Shown: positions 1 through 9,187 of the stretch, in pieces
Layout: each line of letters starts with the position of its first letter
Numbering within the stretch: position 1 is the first letter of the stretch
Virus record (IMG/VR): IMGVR_UViG_3300033463_000061
Location: 27,112 to 91,111 of that record
From: a virus
Lineage: Duplodnaviria; Caudoviricetes
Length of the DNA stretch: 64,000 nucleotides
Direction: 5' to 3' (one strand)
Program-made: the position numbers and the translations under genes
Notes under the pieces: generated by a model
What the model was told of the DNA's origin: nothing
Databases searched by the model: none
The model's input: only the letters and a program-made list of their open reading frames with translations

Positions 1-1022
1 AGTCCCTCGATCGTCATCTGACCTGGGATGTCTTTCTTTCGCACGTTCCCGTCCTCGCCCCAGTAGGCGAGCCACTTCTCGCGCAGCTCGTCGATGTCGG
101 CGTTGACGCGGTCCTCGTTCGGGTGCTGTTCGACGGCCTCTCGCACGTCGCCTATGAAGTCTTCCATCCAGCGGATGCGCTCCTCGGCCTGCTTCTTGAC
201 GCGGGCCTTGGACTCCTCCGGCACGTTGAACTTCATGTACTTGTCGAGCTGCCTCTCGAGATCGGCCTTGCCGGCCTCGGCGCCGCTGATCATGTTCATT
301 GCCTGCGGGTAGGTCTCCTCCACGTCGTCCTCCTCGAGCACCGTGCAGAACTCCGAGATGGAGTGGTTGCCGCGTATGTTCTCGAGCAGCCGGTCGGTGA
401 CGTCCGTCCACGACTCCCCCGCCGCGGACCGGATCACCCACAGGAGCTCCACGATGCCGCCGAAGTAGTGCAGTTCGTCGTCGCACGTCTCGTCGCGGAG
501 GGCCGCGAACACTTCCCGGAGCCCGTCGAAGTGCGGGCACTCGTAGTACCTGCCCGCCTCGAAACGGCGTATGTCGTTGGACCTCCTGCAGGGCTCGGGC
601 ATGTCGGAGATGAACCCGTCCCGCGAGCACCAGGTCTTCTGCATGCGGTCCGTGCACAGGTCCCTGTACTTCGGGAGGAAGATCAGCTTCTCGGCCTTGT
701 CGAGGAAGTCGTCCTCGACCTCGAACTCCAGCTCGAGCCAGTCGTCGCCGAAGTTGTACTCGCGCGGCGAGTCGAACTTGAACGCCCGTATGGAGACAAC
801 CCCTACGTCCTGGAGGACGCGTTCGTGTGCGAACGCCTTGGTGGCCTCCATGCACATCATCTTCCCGAACGTCTCGTGGCTGTAGTCGTCGCAGACGAAC
901 CCGCCGTTCTCGCGGATCTCGGCCGCCTCCTCGCACCACAGGCTGTCGTACCCGAAGTAGCCCCAGTAGGTGCCGGGGTTTATGACCGGCGCCACGAGGC
1001 TTGATGTCCTGAACGTCTTCAT
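1..1022 (-). CDS. Hypothetical protein, runs off the left edge (MKTFRTSSLVAPVINPGTYWGYFG...)
   Basis: Not in the ORF track because it has no stop in the window; translated by hand; ATGA overlap with the stop of the upstream gene at 1019. Confidence 0.75.
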   Translation of the reverse strand, partial: MKTFRTSSLVAPVINPGTYWGYFGYDSLWCEEAAEIRENGGFVCDDYSHETFGKMMCMEATKAFAHERVLQDVGVVSIRAFKFDSPREYNFGDDWLELEFEVEDDFLDKAEKLIFLPKYRDLCTDRMQKTWCSRDGFISDMPEPCRRSNDIRRFEAGRYYECPHFDGLREVFAALRDETCDDELHYFGGIVELLWVIRSAAGESWTDVTDRLLENIRGNHSISEFCTVLEEDDVEETYPQAMNMISGAEAGKADLERQLDKYMKFNVPEESKARVKKQAEERIRWMEDFIGDVREAVEQHPNEDRVNADIDELREKWLAYWGEDGNVRKKDIPGQMTIEG

Positions 1023-1348
1023 GCGGCCCTCCTCGGGTAGAGCACCCAGCCCTCGTCCTCCAGGGAGGCGTCGACGCCCTCGTACAGCCAGCCCGGGAGC
1101 CGGTTGTCGCGTCCGCGGGGGCACCACTCGAGGAGCTCGTCCAGGCAGCGCACGTCCATGCGCGAGATGAGCTCCTTCGCCTTTTCGAGGGCGCGCGCCA
1201 CCAGCGCGCGGTGGCTGGTCGGCTCCCCCTCACCGAACGTCATCTGCACCGCGGTCAGCAGCGCCTTCGGCCCGTCGATCACGTTCGCGATGTGCGGCAC
1301 GTCCTCCAGGACGACCCGCTTGACGCGGTCGAACGCTATAGACTTCAT
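1019..1348 (-). CDS. Hypothetical protein (MKSIAFDRVK...)
   Basis: ORF 1019..1429 with start moved to the ATG after a GGAGG RBS; ATGA overlaps at both ends. Confidence 0.7.
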   Translation of the reverse strand: MKSIAFDRVKRVVLEDVPHIANVIDGPKALLTAVQMTFGEGEPTSHRALVARALEKAKELISRMDVRCLDELLEWCPRGRDNRLPGWLYEGVDASLEDEGWVLYPRRAA

Positions 1349-1794
1349 TCGCCCTCCTTCTTCTTTTGCGCCTGCGCGGCGTATGCGGCGTATCTCGCCG
1401 CGTCCAGGTGGTCCTGCGCGGCCTGCCACTCGCGGGCGAGCTGCAGCGCCTCGTCGTACACGTATGCGTCGGTGAGCGTGTTGGGCACGGCGATCTCGTC
1501 AGGGGCGCTCTTTTCGCCGTACCCCTGCGTCCGCCGTATGACCGGATGCCCGTCGCGCATGGCGACGTGGTATCCGCGCATCGCGCCTGTCTCGGGGTTC
1601 AGGACGTGCAGGCGCCTGAACCTGAACTTGTCGTTGCGCGACTCGCGGACGAAGCCCGAGAACGCGGCGAGCGCGGCGTTTTCCGGACCGTCGGCGGCTA
1701 TGGCGCGGCGGGCCTTTGACGAGTAGACCCGGCAGACGCGCGTCTTCAGGCCGGGCAGCCTGTCCTCGCACTCAACCCATGTGTCGAATACCAT
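1345..1794 (-). CDS. Hypothetical protein
   Basis: ORF in a tightly coupled minus-strand operon, RBS present. Confidence 0.7.
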   Translation of the reverse strand: MVFDTWVECEDRLPGLKTRVCRVYSSKARRAIAADGPENAALAAFSGFVRESRNDKFRFRRLHVLNPETGAMRGYHVAMRDGHPVIRRTQGYGEKSAPDEIAVPNTLTDAYVYDEALQLAREWQAAQDHLDAARYAAYAAQAQKKKEGE

Positions 1795-1803
1795 AGGACC
1801 TCC

Positions 1804-2214
1804 TTATACTCCTTTGGACCCTTTGAGCCTGGCGTAGAACTCCCGCCGGTGCGCCTCGTGGGCGCGCTCGCTGAGGACGTGCTCCAGCGCGTCCATCGCC
1901 GCGCGGGGCGTGCGGTACTGCGCACGGCCGGCAACAGTCTCCTGAATATAGAGCGTGGCCGGGCCGTCCCAGTCGGACGTGAACCAGTAGCGGTACCCGC
2001 GGACTGGGGCGCCGGTGAAGTCGCGGAAGTCCTGCACGAGCCTGTACGGGAGCCCGGACTTCTCCAGCGCCTCCGCGGTCTTGTTGTACCGCGTGTTCCT
2101 GCATATCGCGTTCCGTGCAGCCGCGAGCTGGTCGAGCTCGCGCCTGTAGGCCGCGAACGTCGGCGCCGGCGCGCCCTTGCGCACGCCGCGGTCGCTTTTC
2201 CCGCCCGAGCCCAT
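1804..2214 (-). CDS. Hypothetical protein
   Basis: Operonic ORF. Confidence 0.65.
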   Translation of the reverse strand: MGSGGKSDRGVRKGAPAPTFAAYRRELDQLAAARNAICRNTRYNKTAEALEKSGLPYRLVQDFRDFTGAPVRGYRYWFTSDWDGPATLYIQETVAGRAQYRTPRAAMDALEHVLSERAHEAHRREFYARLKGSKGV

Positions 2215-2582
2215 CAGCCGTCATCCTCTACCTCGAGCCCGTACTTGTCGAGCACGAGGTTGACGATGCACAGCGGCACGTCGGCGTTGCTGCGGAACAC
2301 GTGGTCGTCGCCGGTCTTGCCGGCGCTCTTGTCGCACGCCTTCCGTATCTTCTCCAGCTCGCAGTGCAGGTCGAAGTCGCTCGTGGCCAGCAGGAGGTCG
2401 TGCAGCCAGTCGAGCGCCTTGGAGAGCGCTGGCTGCTGGTCTAGTACGTCGGTGCCGTCCCTGAACGTCGCAAGCGTCCTGGTGCTCCCCAGCGGCTCGT
2501 ACGACTCGTGCGAGTAGCACGTCACCTGCACCTGCCCGACTTTCGCCTCTGCGGGCGCCTTTGTGGTCGTGGTCTTCGCCAT
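2214..2582 (-). CDS. Hypothetical protein (MAKTTTTK...)
   Basis: Operonic ORF, start refined. Confidence 0.65.
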   Translation of the reverse strand: MAKTTTTKAPAEAKVGQVQVTCYSHESYEPLGSTRTLATFRDGTDVLDQQPALSKALDWLHDLLLATSDFDLHCELEKIRKACDKSAGKTGDDHVFRSNADVPLCIVNLVLDKYGLEVEDDG

Positions 2583-2584
2583 GG

Positions 2585-2725
2585 CTAGCCCTCGCAGAGC
2601 GTTGCGGTGATCGAGTATGTGGCCTCGTCGTCCTTGTACCATACGGTGCCGAGGTTGCTCTCCACGTCCTTGTAGCCGTGCTCCTTGAGCCAGGCCACTA
2701 TTGTCTTTTCAAGTTCTTCTGGCAT
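2585..2725 (-). CDS. Small hypothetical protein (MPEELEKT...)
   Basis: GGAGG RBS upstream; fills the operon gap. Confidence 0.6.
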   Translation of the reverse strand: MPEELEKTIVAWLKEHGYKDVESNLGTVWYKDDEATYSITATLCEG

Positions 2726-2741
2726 ATTGTTGCCTCCTTTT

Positions 2742-3002
2742 TTAGCGCATGAACCCGATTTTCGGGTTTGAGACCTGCGGGAACACGGGCGCGACGAGTA
2801 AGTGCGCCCGTGAGTCGTACGGGTGGTCGCTCGTGAGCTTCCAGCCGCGCTTCCTGGCGTACTCCGCCGCAAAGCCCGCGTGGCGGAACAGCGCCGCCTC
2901 GTCCAGGCTGCTGTGCCAGCCTACGCCGGTCCAGTACATCAGGACGCCGCCCTTCCGAGAAGTCGTCCTCTCGAGGACATAGAATCCGTTGTCACCGGCC
3001 AT
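2742..3002 (-). CDS. Hypothetical protein
   Basis: Operonic ORF with RBS. Confidence 0.65.
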   Translation of the reverse strand: MAGDNGFYVLERTTSRKGGVLMYWTGVGWHSSLDEAALFRHAGFAAEYARKRGWKLTSDHPYDSRAHLLVAPVFPQVSNPKIGFMR

Positions 3003-3004
3003 GG

Positions 3005-3139
3005 CTACCTCCCCGTGCCGAGGCCGGTGACCTCGTGCGCGATCTCGCTCATTTCCCGTGTGATCGGCGTTCCGCTGCCTACGACGGCGATCGCCTGCGC
3101 AAGCGCCATCAGCTTGTCCATCTTTTCCTTGTCGCTCAT
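3005..3139 (-). CDS. Small hypothetical protein (MSDKEKMDKLMALAQ..., 44 aa)
   Basis: Translated by hand; AAGGAG RBS; fills the gap. Confidence 0.55.
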   Translation of the reverse strand: MSDKEKMDKLMALAQAIAVVGSGTPITREMSEIAHEVTGLGTGR

Positions 3140-3149
3140 ACTGCTCCTT

Positions 3150-3686
3150 TCAGTGTATCAGCCTGTTGTATTCGGCGTCGGTCAGATTGCCGAGCCAGGT
3201 GCTCGCCTTCTCGAGATTGGCCTGCACGTCCTTGGGCACTTTCTTGCCGTGGCGCTTGCACCACTCGGCTATGAGGGACGACCGGATCCAGTTGTGGAAC
3301 CCGTCATCGAACCATTGCTCGCTGTGCTCTTCCGGCTTTCCCATGGCTTTGCTACTTTTCTTTGGCTTCCGTGGCTGTCCGGCCCGCTTTACCCGCAGCG
3401 ACTCTGGGTCGCGGTCCCAGCTGTACCCTTTGCGTACCCATCCGCGGTGGCAAGACCGGCCGTTCGGGCCGGGCACGCACACGATCGTCGCGAAGGCCAG
3501 CCCTGGCTTGCGGGCGAACGCGGGGCTCGGGTGCTCGTACCTCTCCACGGCCTCGGCCTCCGACATGCCCTCCGGCATTGTCCAGAGGCCCCGGCTTCCG
3601 TCGACAATCAGGTAGCAGTCGTGCCCGTGCAGCGCCCTCAGCTGCTCCAGCGTGCGCATCCCCGTCGGTCGTGTCATGCGTGCCAT
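3150..3686 (-). CDS. Hypothetical protein
   Basis: Operonic ORF with GGAGG RBS. Confidence 0.65.
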   Translation of the reverse strand: MARMTRPTGMRTLEQLRALHGHDCYLIVDGSRGLWTMPEGMSEAEAVERYEHPSPAFARKPGLAFATIVCVPGPNGRSCHRGWVRKGYSWDRDPESLRVKRAGQPRKPKKSSKAMGKPEEHSEQWFDDGFHNWIRSSLIAEWCKRHGKKVPKDVQANLEKASTWLGNLTDAEYNRLIH

Positions 3687-3696
3687 CGCCCGCCTC

Positions 3697-4071
3697 CTAT
3701 ATTACCGGGTCCACGTACGCCGTCAGGAGGCACTTGCCGTCGCGGCACGTGGCCTTCATGCGGACCATTATCTCGCCGTGCGCGCCGAGGAGGTGGTTCA
3801 GCTCGAACGTGCTTTCCTTCGCGCCGGGGCTGTAGTCCGTGTTCCTGCGTATCTCGGTCAGCGTGGGCGAGCTCGCCATCCAGCGGAACGCCATGGTGGC
3901 GATCCTGTCGTCGCCCACGGCCGTGGTGTGGTGCCGGAATATCTTGAAGTCCCGGCTCTCGTCGTCGGGTATCTCGATCCCGACGGACGCCACGTGGCTG
4001 TCCATGTCGACGAGCCCGCCGTAGTTCGCCTCGCGGTTGAGGTTTACCTGCTTTCTCTGTTCTTCTGCCAT
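3697..4071 (-). CDS. Hypothetical protein (MAEEQRKQ...)
   Basis: AAGGAG RBS; start refined. Confidence 0.65.
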   Translation of the reverse strand: MAEEQRKQVNLNREANYGGLVDMDSHVASVGIEIPDDESRDFKIFRHHTTAVGDDRIATMAFRWMASSPTLTEIRRNTDYSPGAKESTFELNHLLGAHGEIMVRMKATCRDGKCLLTAYVDPVI

Positions 4072-4073
4072 CG

Positions 4074-4709
4074 TTACTCCTTTACGTTGATTGCGTCGTC
4101 GTGGTTCAGGACGAGACAGACGCAGCATCCGTCGTTGAGGTCCACCTGGACCTTGCCGAACGCGTCGATCTGCTGGCGGATATACGTCTCGTCCTTCCTG
4201 GTATAGCGCATCCCGTGCTGCTTGAACAGGCCCTTCACGTAGTCGATGAACTCCTTGAGGGCCGCCTCCTTCGTCGAGAACGCCTCCGGCCAGGGGGTCG
4301 TGAACTCCGGGTCCTCGTTGTCAGAGTCGCCGAACGTCACCGTGCGCCAGACCTCGCCGGCCAGCCCGTTCTCGTCGATGTCGAACCTGTACCGCTCCGA
4401 GCCGGAGCTGATGTCGTATGCGTTGCGGCGGTCGAACTCGCGGCGCAGGTACTCCTTCAGCCTGGCGACGCACCCCTTCCGGACGACAGTGGTCCCGTCG
4501 GAGCGCCGCACCGAGAAGAACGACTTCGCCTCGGGGTGGTTCTCGTCGTTGGCCATGGCCTGTGCGAATCCGAGCCGGAAGTCGATGCGGTTGAGGACGT
4601 ACTCCACCGCCTTCCCCACGGCCAGCGCCCTGGTCGTGTACGACCCCTCGACGAAGAAGTCGTCGCCGCAGTCCGTGTCGTCCCGCGACGATACGGTCCA
4701 GACCTTCAT
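4074..4709 (-). CDS. Hypothetical protein with an apparent internal duplication
   Basis: ATGA overlap; two similar VW-x-V...S(Y/F)xT-x-A segments. Confidence 0.7.
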   Translation of the reverse strand: MKVWTVSSRDDTDCGDDFFVEGSYTTRALAVGKAVEYVLNRIDFRLGFAQAMANDENHPEAKSFFSVRRSDGTTVVRKGCVARLKEYLRREFDRRNAYDISSGSERYRFDIDENGLAGEVWRTVTFGDSDNEDPEFTTPWPEAFSTKEAALKEFIDYVKGLFKQHGMRYTRKDETYIRQQIDAFGKVQVDLNDGCCVCLVLNHDDAINVKE

Positions 4710-5080
4710 TTGCCCCCCTTGTCCCGGGCGGATTCGACGACCTCCATCGTCTCGAACCCGAACCGTGTCTCTGAGAACCTGCATTCGTCGGCGCGTGACG
4801 CCGGCACGCATGGCAGCTTCATGAAGTCGTACACGGCGAGAGCAACGGCACGCGCCAGCTCCTTCTCCTCGTCGCTCGGCTCCTGCTTGCCGGAGTACTT
4901 GTCGGCGAAGAAGATGTCGGCGACCGACTCGGCCAGCCCCTCGATCATTGCCTCGCCGCTTTTGTACACGCCGGTGTTGCAGGTTTCGTCCTTGTAGGTC
5001 TCCTGCAGCACGAACACGATGTTCTTGCCGAAGTCCTCGTCCCTGTCCTGATTGCCCGCATCGTCGTTTTTCTTTGACAT
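4706..5080 (-). CDS. Hypothetical protein
   Basis: Operonic ORF with GGAGG RBS. Confidence 0.7.
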   Translation of the reverse strand: MSKKNDDAGNQDRDEDFGKNIVFVLQETYKDETCNTGVYKSGEAMIEGLAESVADIFFADKYSGKQEPSDEEKELARAVALAVYDFMKLPCVPASRADECRFSETRFGFETMEVVESARDKGGK

Positions 5081-5090
5081 GGTTTCCTCC

Positions 5091-5363
5091 TTAGTCTATG
5101 TATCCGCCTTCGTAGACCCGCTCGCAGTGCACGGCCGCGTCGCAGACCCCGTGCCCGCCGACCTGTGACGGCAGAGGCCTTCGGTACTCCGGCTTCTCGA
5201 AGTCGTTCACTTCGAGGAACTTCAGCTCGTTTCGCGCCCATTCGCACTTCGGGTACCGGGCCAGGATTGACTCCAGCTCGGCTTTGCGCTTCTCGTATTT
5301 CTCCTCGGCCGTCGGCTCGCGCTGCTCGATGCCGAGATCCTCACGTGCTTCCGCCATCGTCAT
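5091..5363 (-). CDS. Hypothetical protein (MTMAEARE...)
   Basis: ATGA overlap; start refined. Confidence 0.6.
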   Translation of the reverse strand: MTMAEAREDLGIEQREPTAEEKYEKRKAELESILARYPKCEWARNELKFLEVNDFEKPEYRRPLPSQVGGHGVCDAAVHCERVYEGGYID

Positions 5364-5650
5364 TTCGCACCTCCCTCGTACTTGACTACGACCATCTGGT
5401 TTACTCCGCCGTCCCACACGAGTTTCCACTTCACGCCGCGCGTGTCGACGAGGACGTCGTTCGGCTTGCCGCGCCTGTAGCGGTACTCCCCCTTGCAGGC
5501 ATAGGGCCAGACGCTCGCGCACAGGCCCCTGCGGAAGAACCAGCAGCCCGTGCACGGACCCTTGCCGCTTCGCGTCGTAGGCAGTACGGGGACGGCCGCA
5601 CAGGGGCCGACCGTCGTAACGGTCAGCTCACGTATGTAGTTCCGGATCAT
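5360..5650 (-). CDS. Cys-rich hypothetical protein
   Basis: CTGC...C...C cluster; operonic. Confidence 0.6.
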   Translation of the reverse strand: MIRNYIRELTVTTVGPCAAVPVLPTTRSGKGPCTGCWFFRRGLCASVWPYACKGEYRYRRGKPNDVLVDTRGVKWKLVWDGGVNQMVVVKYEGGAK

Positions 5651-5660
5651 GGCGTCCCCC

Positions 5661-6002
5661 CTACACGAACGCCCGCGGGCTGTACTTCGTCTCGAAGCAC
5701 TGGCTGCGGACGATGCGGGCGAACGCCCTCACGTGGTCCTCGTACTCCCCGTACGTCATGTCGCGCGCCATGTCCTCGTATATGCGCTTGCGGTCGGCCG
5801 CGACGGCCCACGCCTTTCCGGGCGACGGGACGTCCAGCAGGTGCCAGTCGTCGCCGTCCGGGAGGTGGTTCGACAGCCAGCCCTCCGACGCCTCCTCGTC
5901 GTTCAGGTGGTGGACGAGGCAGTCCATCGCGGCCAGCACCTCCGCGTGCGACGCAACGTCGCTCTCTCGGAGCTTCTTGTCCTTGTAGTCTGCGAATGCC
6001 AT
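5661..6002 (-). CDS. Hypothetical protein
   Basis: GGAGG RBS; operonic. Confidence 0.7.
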   Translation of the reverse strand: MAFADYKDKKLRESDVASHAEVLAAMDCLVHHLNDEEASEGWLSNHLPDGDDWHLLDVPSPGKAWAVAADRKRIYEDMARDMTYGEYEDHVRAFARIVRSQCFETKYSPRAFV

Positions 6003-6011
6003 GTCGTCCTC

Positions 6012-6335
6012 CTACCGGCCGCCTGGCCCTTCATTTGCGCATTCTCCAGCCGCAGCCGGGAGAGGATTTCCGGGGGGCGCGGAGAGGGCTGCGCGGCAGT
6101 CCGCTATCATCGCGTCGATCTCCGCGTGGTTGATGGATATCGTTTCGCACGGAATCGCCGCATGGATCTTCAGGTTGTCCATCACCCCATGCACGGCCGT
6201 GCGCAACTGCACCACCTCATTGCACAGCGCCTCCACCACGTCGTCCCACCGCAGGCGGCTCACGTCGCACCCGCTTGCCAGTTCGGTCTTAGCCCGTTCA
6301 CGAAAAAGGGCTATGTCGTTGTCCGTTATCGCCAT
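6012..6335 (-). CDS. Hypothetical protein
   Basis: Operonic ORF. Confidence 0.65.
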   Translation of the reverse strand: MAITDNDIALFRERAKTELASGCDVSRLRWDDVVEALCNEVVQLRTAVHGVMDNLKIHAAIPCETISINHAEIDAMIADCRAALSAPPGNPLPAAAGECANEGPGGR

Positions 6336-6345
6336 GTCAACCCCC

Positions 6346-6567
6346 TCAGAACCAGTTTCCCTGGCTGTCCATCATGCACTCCTTGCCGCAGTACTTGCAC
6401 TTCCCGGTGAACGACACGCCATCGAATCCGCCAGCGTCGCAGTCGTGCCAGCCGAGTATGTCGTGCCCCCAGCGCTTGCGGCACACCGTCGCGGCCAGCA
6501 CAAGAAAGACAATGGCGCAGACGGCCAGCGCCAGCAGTATAACCCCAAGTGTCATGCCTATGTTCAT
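6346..6567 (-). CDS. Small membrane protein with a Cys/His-rich C-terminus
   Basis: N-terminal hydrophobic helix; HDC...CKYC...C. Confidence 0.65.
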   Translation of the reverse strand: MNIGMTLGVILLALAVCAIVFLVLAATVCRKRWGHDILGWHDCDAGGFDGVSFTGKCKYCGKECMMDSQGNWF

Positions 6568-6649
6568 CTGTGTTTTCTCCTTTGTTGTTGGTTGTTTACA
6601 GGGCGCATTGCGCAAAGTCTCCCGGAAAAAGCCAGCATCCCCTGCTGCG

Positions 6650-7144
6650 TCAGCCGGCGAGCTCGCCTTCTTCCGTGACTTCCCACACGCCGTCAGCGTC
6701 AGTCATGAACAGCTTGACGTCGCGGTCGTCGTAGTCGACTCCGAGCTTCTCGCAGTCTGCCTTGCAGGCGGCTACGCACTCTTCGATAGTGCTGAACTTG
6801 CCGCTGACGACGCCGTCAGGCAGGCCGGCTCCGCATTTGGCAGCCGGGATTTCGTAGTGGTACGGCTTGTTCGTGCTCTCCCCTCTGTTTTCGGTTTGAC
6901 GCGGGGCAGGGCTGGATCCGATACCTGGCTGCTGCCGGGCCGCCGGCGCCGTTCTGGCCGCGGCTGCGTCCTTCTTGCACTCGCGCGCGATCCTGTCGAA
7001 GCAGCGGGTGCACAGGTCGAACCGGTAGTTCTCGGGCGTCGCCGAGCCGCCGCGGATGCGGCGACGCGCAGCCTGCTTGATGACGTAGCCTGTCTCGATG
7101 TCGTGACCGCAGACATCGCACACTATCTTCCGCACCTCAGCCAT
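6650..7144 (-). CDS. Zn-ribbon hypothetical protein (CDVC...LCTRC)
   Basis: Paired CxxC motifs; start refined to MAEVRK. Confidence 0.65.
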   Translation of the reverse strand: MAEVRKIVCDVCGHDIETGYVIKQAARRRIRGGSATPENYRFDLCTRCFDRIARECKKDAAAARTAPAARQQPGIGSSPAPRQTENRGESTNKPYHYEIPAAKCGAGLPDGVVSGKFSTIEECVAACKADCEKLGVDYDDRDVKLFMTDADGVWEVTEEGELAG

Positions 7145-7358
7145 GGCGCACCGCCTTGAACTTGTACTTGCGCTGGATTGCGCGAGGGGCGTTCGACAGG
7201 CGACGGCGGATTTTCCGCACGGTCTTCTGGCTCCTGCCGTTGGGCGGGTTTGGGTCGACAAGCGTGAGCGGTGCGCACCCGCCGTAGTAGTGGAGGACGA
7301 ACATGCGCTCGCCCGACGCGTTTACGCGTTCAGCCTTGTCTGTGATGTCTTTGTCCAT
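7137..7358 (-). CDS. Small basic hypothetical protein
   Basis: AAAGGA RBS; lies downstream of the structured element. Confidence 0.6.
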   Translation of the reverse strand: MDKDITDKAERVNASGERMFVLHYYGGCAPLTLVDPNPPNGRSQKTVRKIRRRLSNAPRAIQRKYKFKAVRHG

Positions 7359-7387
7359 GGTATTTTTCCTTTTGTATTGTACAGAGA

Positions 7388-7567
7388 GACGCCGCCGGCC
7401 GGCCCTTCAGCCGATCGGCGGCGTCCACCTCCCTGCGGAGGACGGCGTGTGCCCACGCCTTATGCGAGTTTCAGGGCATTGCTCCTGGCCGCATGTCCAC
7501 GGCGGGCCCGTAACGTAACGCGGTGCGGACGCGAGCGTGCCTGGTCGGCACGCCTCCGGGGGAAGGT
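7388..7567 (-). ncRNA. Unclassified structured RNA element (multi-stem domain plus a long GC hairpin)
   Basis: Outer stem ACCTTCC..CGGAGG/CCTCCG..GGGAGGT enclosing GCGTGCC/GGCACGC, GGAC/GTCC, ATGCG/CGCAT, CAGG/CCTG and GGCGTG/CACGCC; then a ~16-bp hairpin at 7388-7425. Confidence 0.45.
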
Positions 7568-7572
7568 CCCCG

Positions 7573-7872
7573 TCATGCAACCGGCACTACCTTGAGCTGC
7601 ACCTTCAGCACCTGTACCATGGGCTTGACGGAGTCGTCGAGCGACGCTACGAGCGCCTGTACCCAGGGGGAGGCAAGCCCGCGCTCGGCCGCCTCCTTCG
7701 AGCCGTAGCACTCGGCGTGCAGCAACCCGTCAGTCCAGTTCCAGCATGTCTCAGGCGCAGCCTTGTAGCCGCGTTGCACAGTCGAGCTGGTCACGTACAT
7801 CGGCGGGAAGCAGAAGTGCATCCCGATCACGTATGCGTGGCCCGTTGCGATATCCTGTACCGTTGCGCGCAT
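7573..7872 (-). CDS. Hypothetical protein
   Basis: Operonic ORF with RBS. Confidence 0.65.
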   Translation of the reverse strand: MRATVQDIATGHAYVIGMHFCFPPMYVTSSTVQRGYKAAPETCWNWTDGLLHAECYGSKEAAERGLASPWVQALVASLDDSVKPMVQVLKVQLKVVPVA

Positions 7873-7882
7873 GGCAGTCTCC

Positions 7883-9157
7883 CTAGAACGGGCGTGCGGA
7901 GTCGGTTGTGGCCAGGCTGCCGTTGCTCCACTGGTACGAGCGCGTGCCGATCGCGCGGTCCAGCTGTCCGCGGAGCACGGCTATGTCCTCCATCGCGTCG
8001 GTCATGCGCTCGTAGGCGTCGACGGCCATGCGCCGCCTGGCGCTGTTGTTTGTGCCGTCGCTTTCCTCTGCGTCACGGAACGTGTACTGCGAGGCGGCCT
8101 GCGCGCTCGTCTCCGCGCCCTTGACAAGGCTGCCGCGGGTCACCCCGAGCTCCTTCTCGAGCTTCTCGAGCGTCAGGTCGTCGGTGTCCGTCGTCCAGTC
8201 GCAGATGAAGTACAGCTTGCGGCTGTTCTTGATGACGCCGAAGAGGATGGGGTCGCGGCGCTTCTCGCGCTGCTTCTTCTCCTCCTTCGCCGACACCTTC
8301 TTCTCGACCGCGGTGGCCTTCTGGATTATGTCGGAGTAGTGCGCGACGACATAGTTGTCGAACACCATCAGCTTGTCGGCGGCGAGCTTCTTCTCGACGG
8401 CCTCCTGCGGGATCTCGTCCTCGTAGTAGCGGAGGAAGTCGACCATCGTCCCGCGCTCGGACTTCCGGAGGAAGTCGATCATCGTGTCCTCCGAGACGTA
8501 CGACGTGAATCCGGCCGCGATCACGACGGACTCCTCGGCGACGATCGCCTTGAGCTGCTTGACGACTTCGGCCTTCTTGTACTGGCCTGCCTGCCGCATC
8601 CCGGCCTCGACCTCGTTCAGCTTCGCCATGCGCGCGGCGAGGTCCTCGGTCGAGGTCAGCTCGATGTGGTCGAACAGGTCGACCATGGCGACTTCGACCG
8701 GCACGGTCTTCCGGTTGCGCAACCCGAAGGCGTTCCGCACCTTGTCCCACACCGTGCGCTGGGATACGAACTTCGCCTGCTTGAGGACGGATTCGTCCAC
8801 CTCGCGCTCGTGCTTCTCCCGGATGTGCCACCGGTCGTCCTGCACCGCCTTGTCCATGGCGATCAGGTTCCTGGCCTGCTTGCGGAGGATCTCCTTCTCC
8901 TCCTCGGGCTTGTCGAGCCGCTTGATGCAGCTCTCGGCCTCCTCCGGCGTCATGGAGCCGGAGAACGAGAACCCGATGGCCTTCTTGAACTTCTCCCACT
9001 CGTCCTTGAAGCGCTTCCACTTCGGCAGCTCCTGCTCGATGTAGAAGTCCTCCAGGACGCGCAGGCGGATCTTCCCGCCAACCTCGATGAGGGAGGGGTG
9101 GTCCTTGTCGGCGACAACGACCTTCTCCGGCTTCTTGTCATTAGTCTTGGTTGCCAT
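7883..9157 (-). CDS. Conserved phage protein, 'DPILFG...YFxxDW...DLTL' family (paralog 1)
   Basis: Clear similarity to 19238..20401. Confidence 0.85.
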   Translation of the reverse strand: MATKTNDKKPEKVVVADKDHPSLIEVGGKIRLRVLEDFYIEQELPKWKRFKDEWEKFKKAIGFSFSGSMTPEEAESCIKRLDKPEEEKEILRKQARNLIAMDKAVQDDRWHIREKHEREVDESVLKQAKFVSQRTVWDKVRNAFGLRNRKTVPVEVAMVDLFDHIELTSTEDLAARMAKLNEVEAGMRQAGQYKKAEVVKQLKAIVAEESVVIAAGFTSYVSEDTMIDFLRKSERGTMVDFLRYYEDEIPQEAVEKKLAADKLMVFDNYVVAHYSDIIQKATAVEKKVSAKEEKKQREKRRDPILFGVIKNSRKLYFICDWTTDTDDLTLEKLEKELGVTRGSLVKGAETSAQAASQYTFRDAEESDGTNNSARRRMAVDAYERMTDAMEDIAVLRGQLDRAIGTRSYQWSNGSLATTDSARPF

Positions 9158-9187
9158 AGTCTTACTCCTTGTTCTCTGATTTACCGG

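Noticed and set aside
123-1004. 293-aa plus-strand ORF
   Set aside because: Antisense shadow of the real minus-strand gene 1..1022; typical of high-GC codon bias
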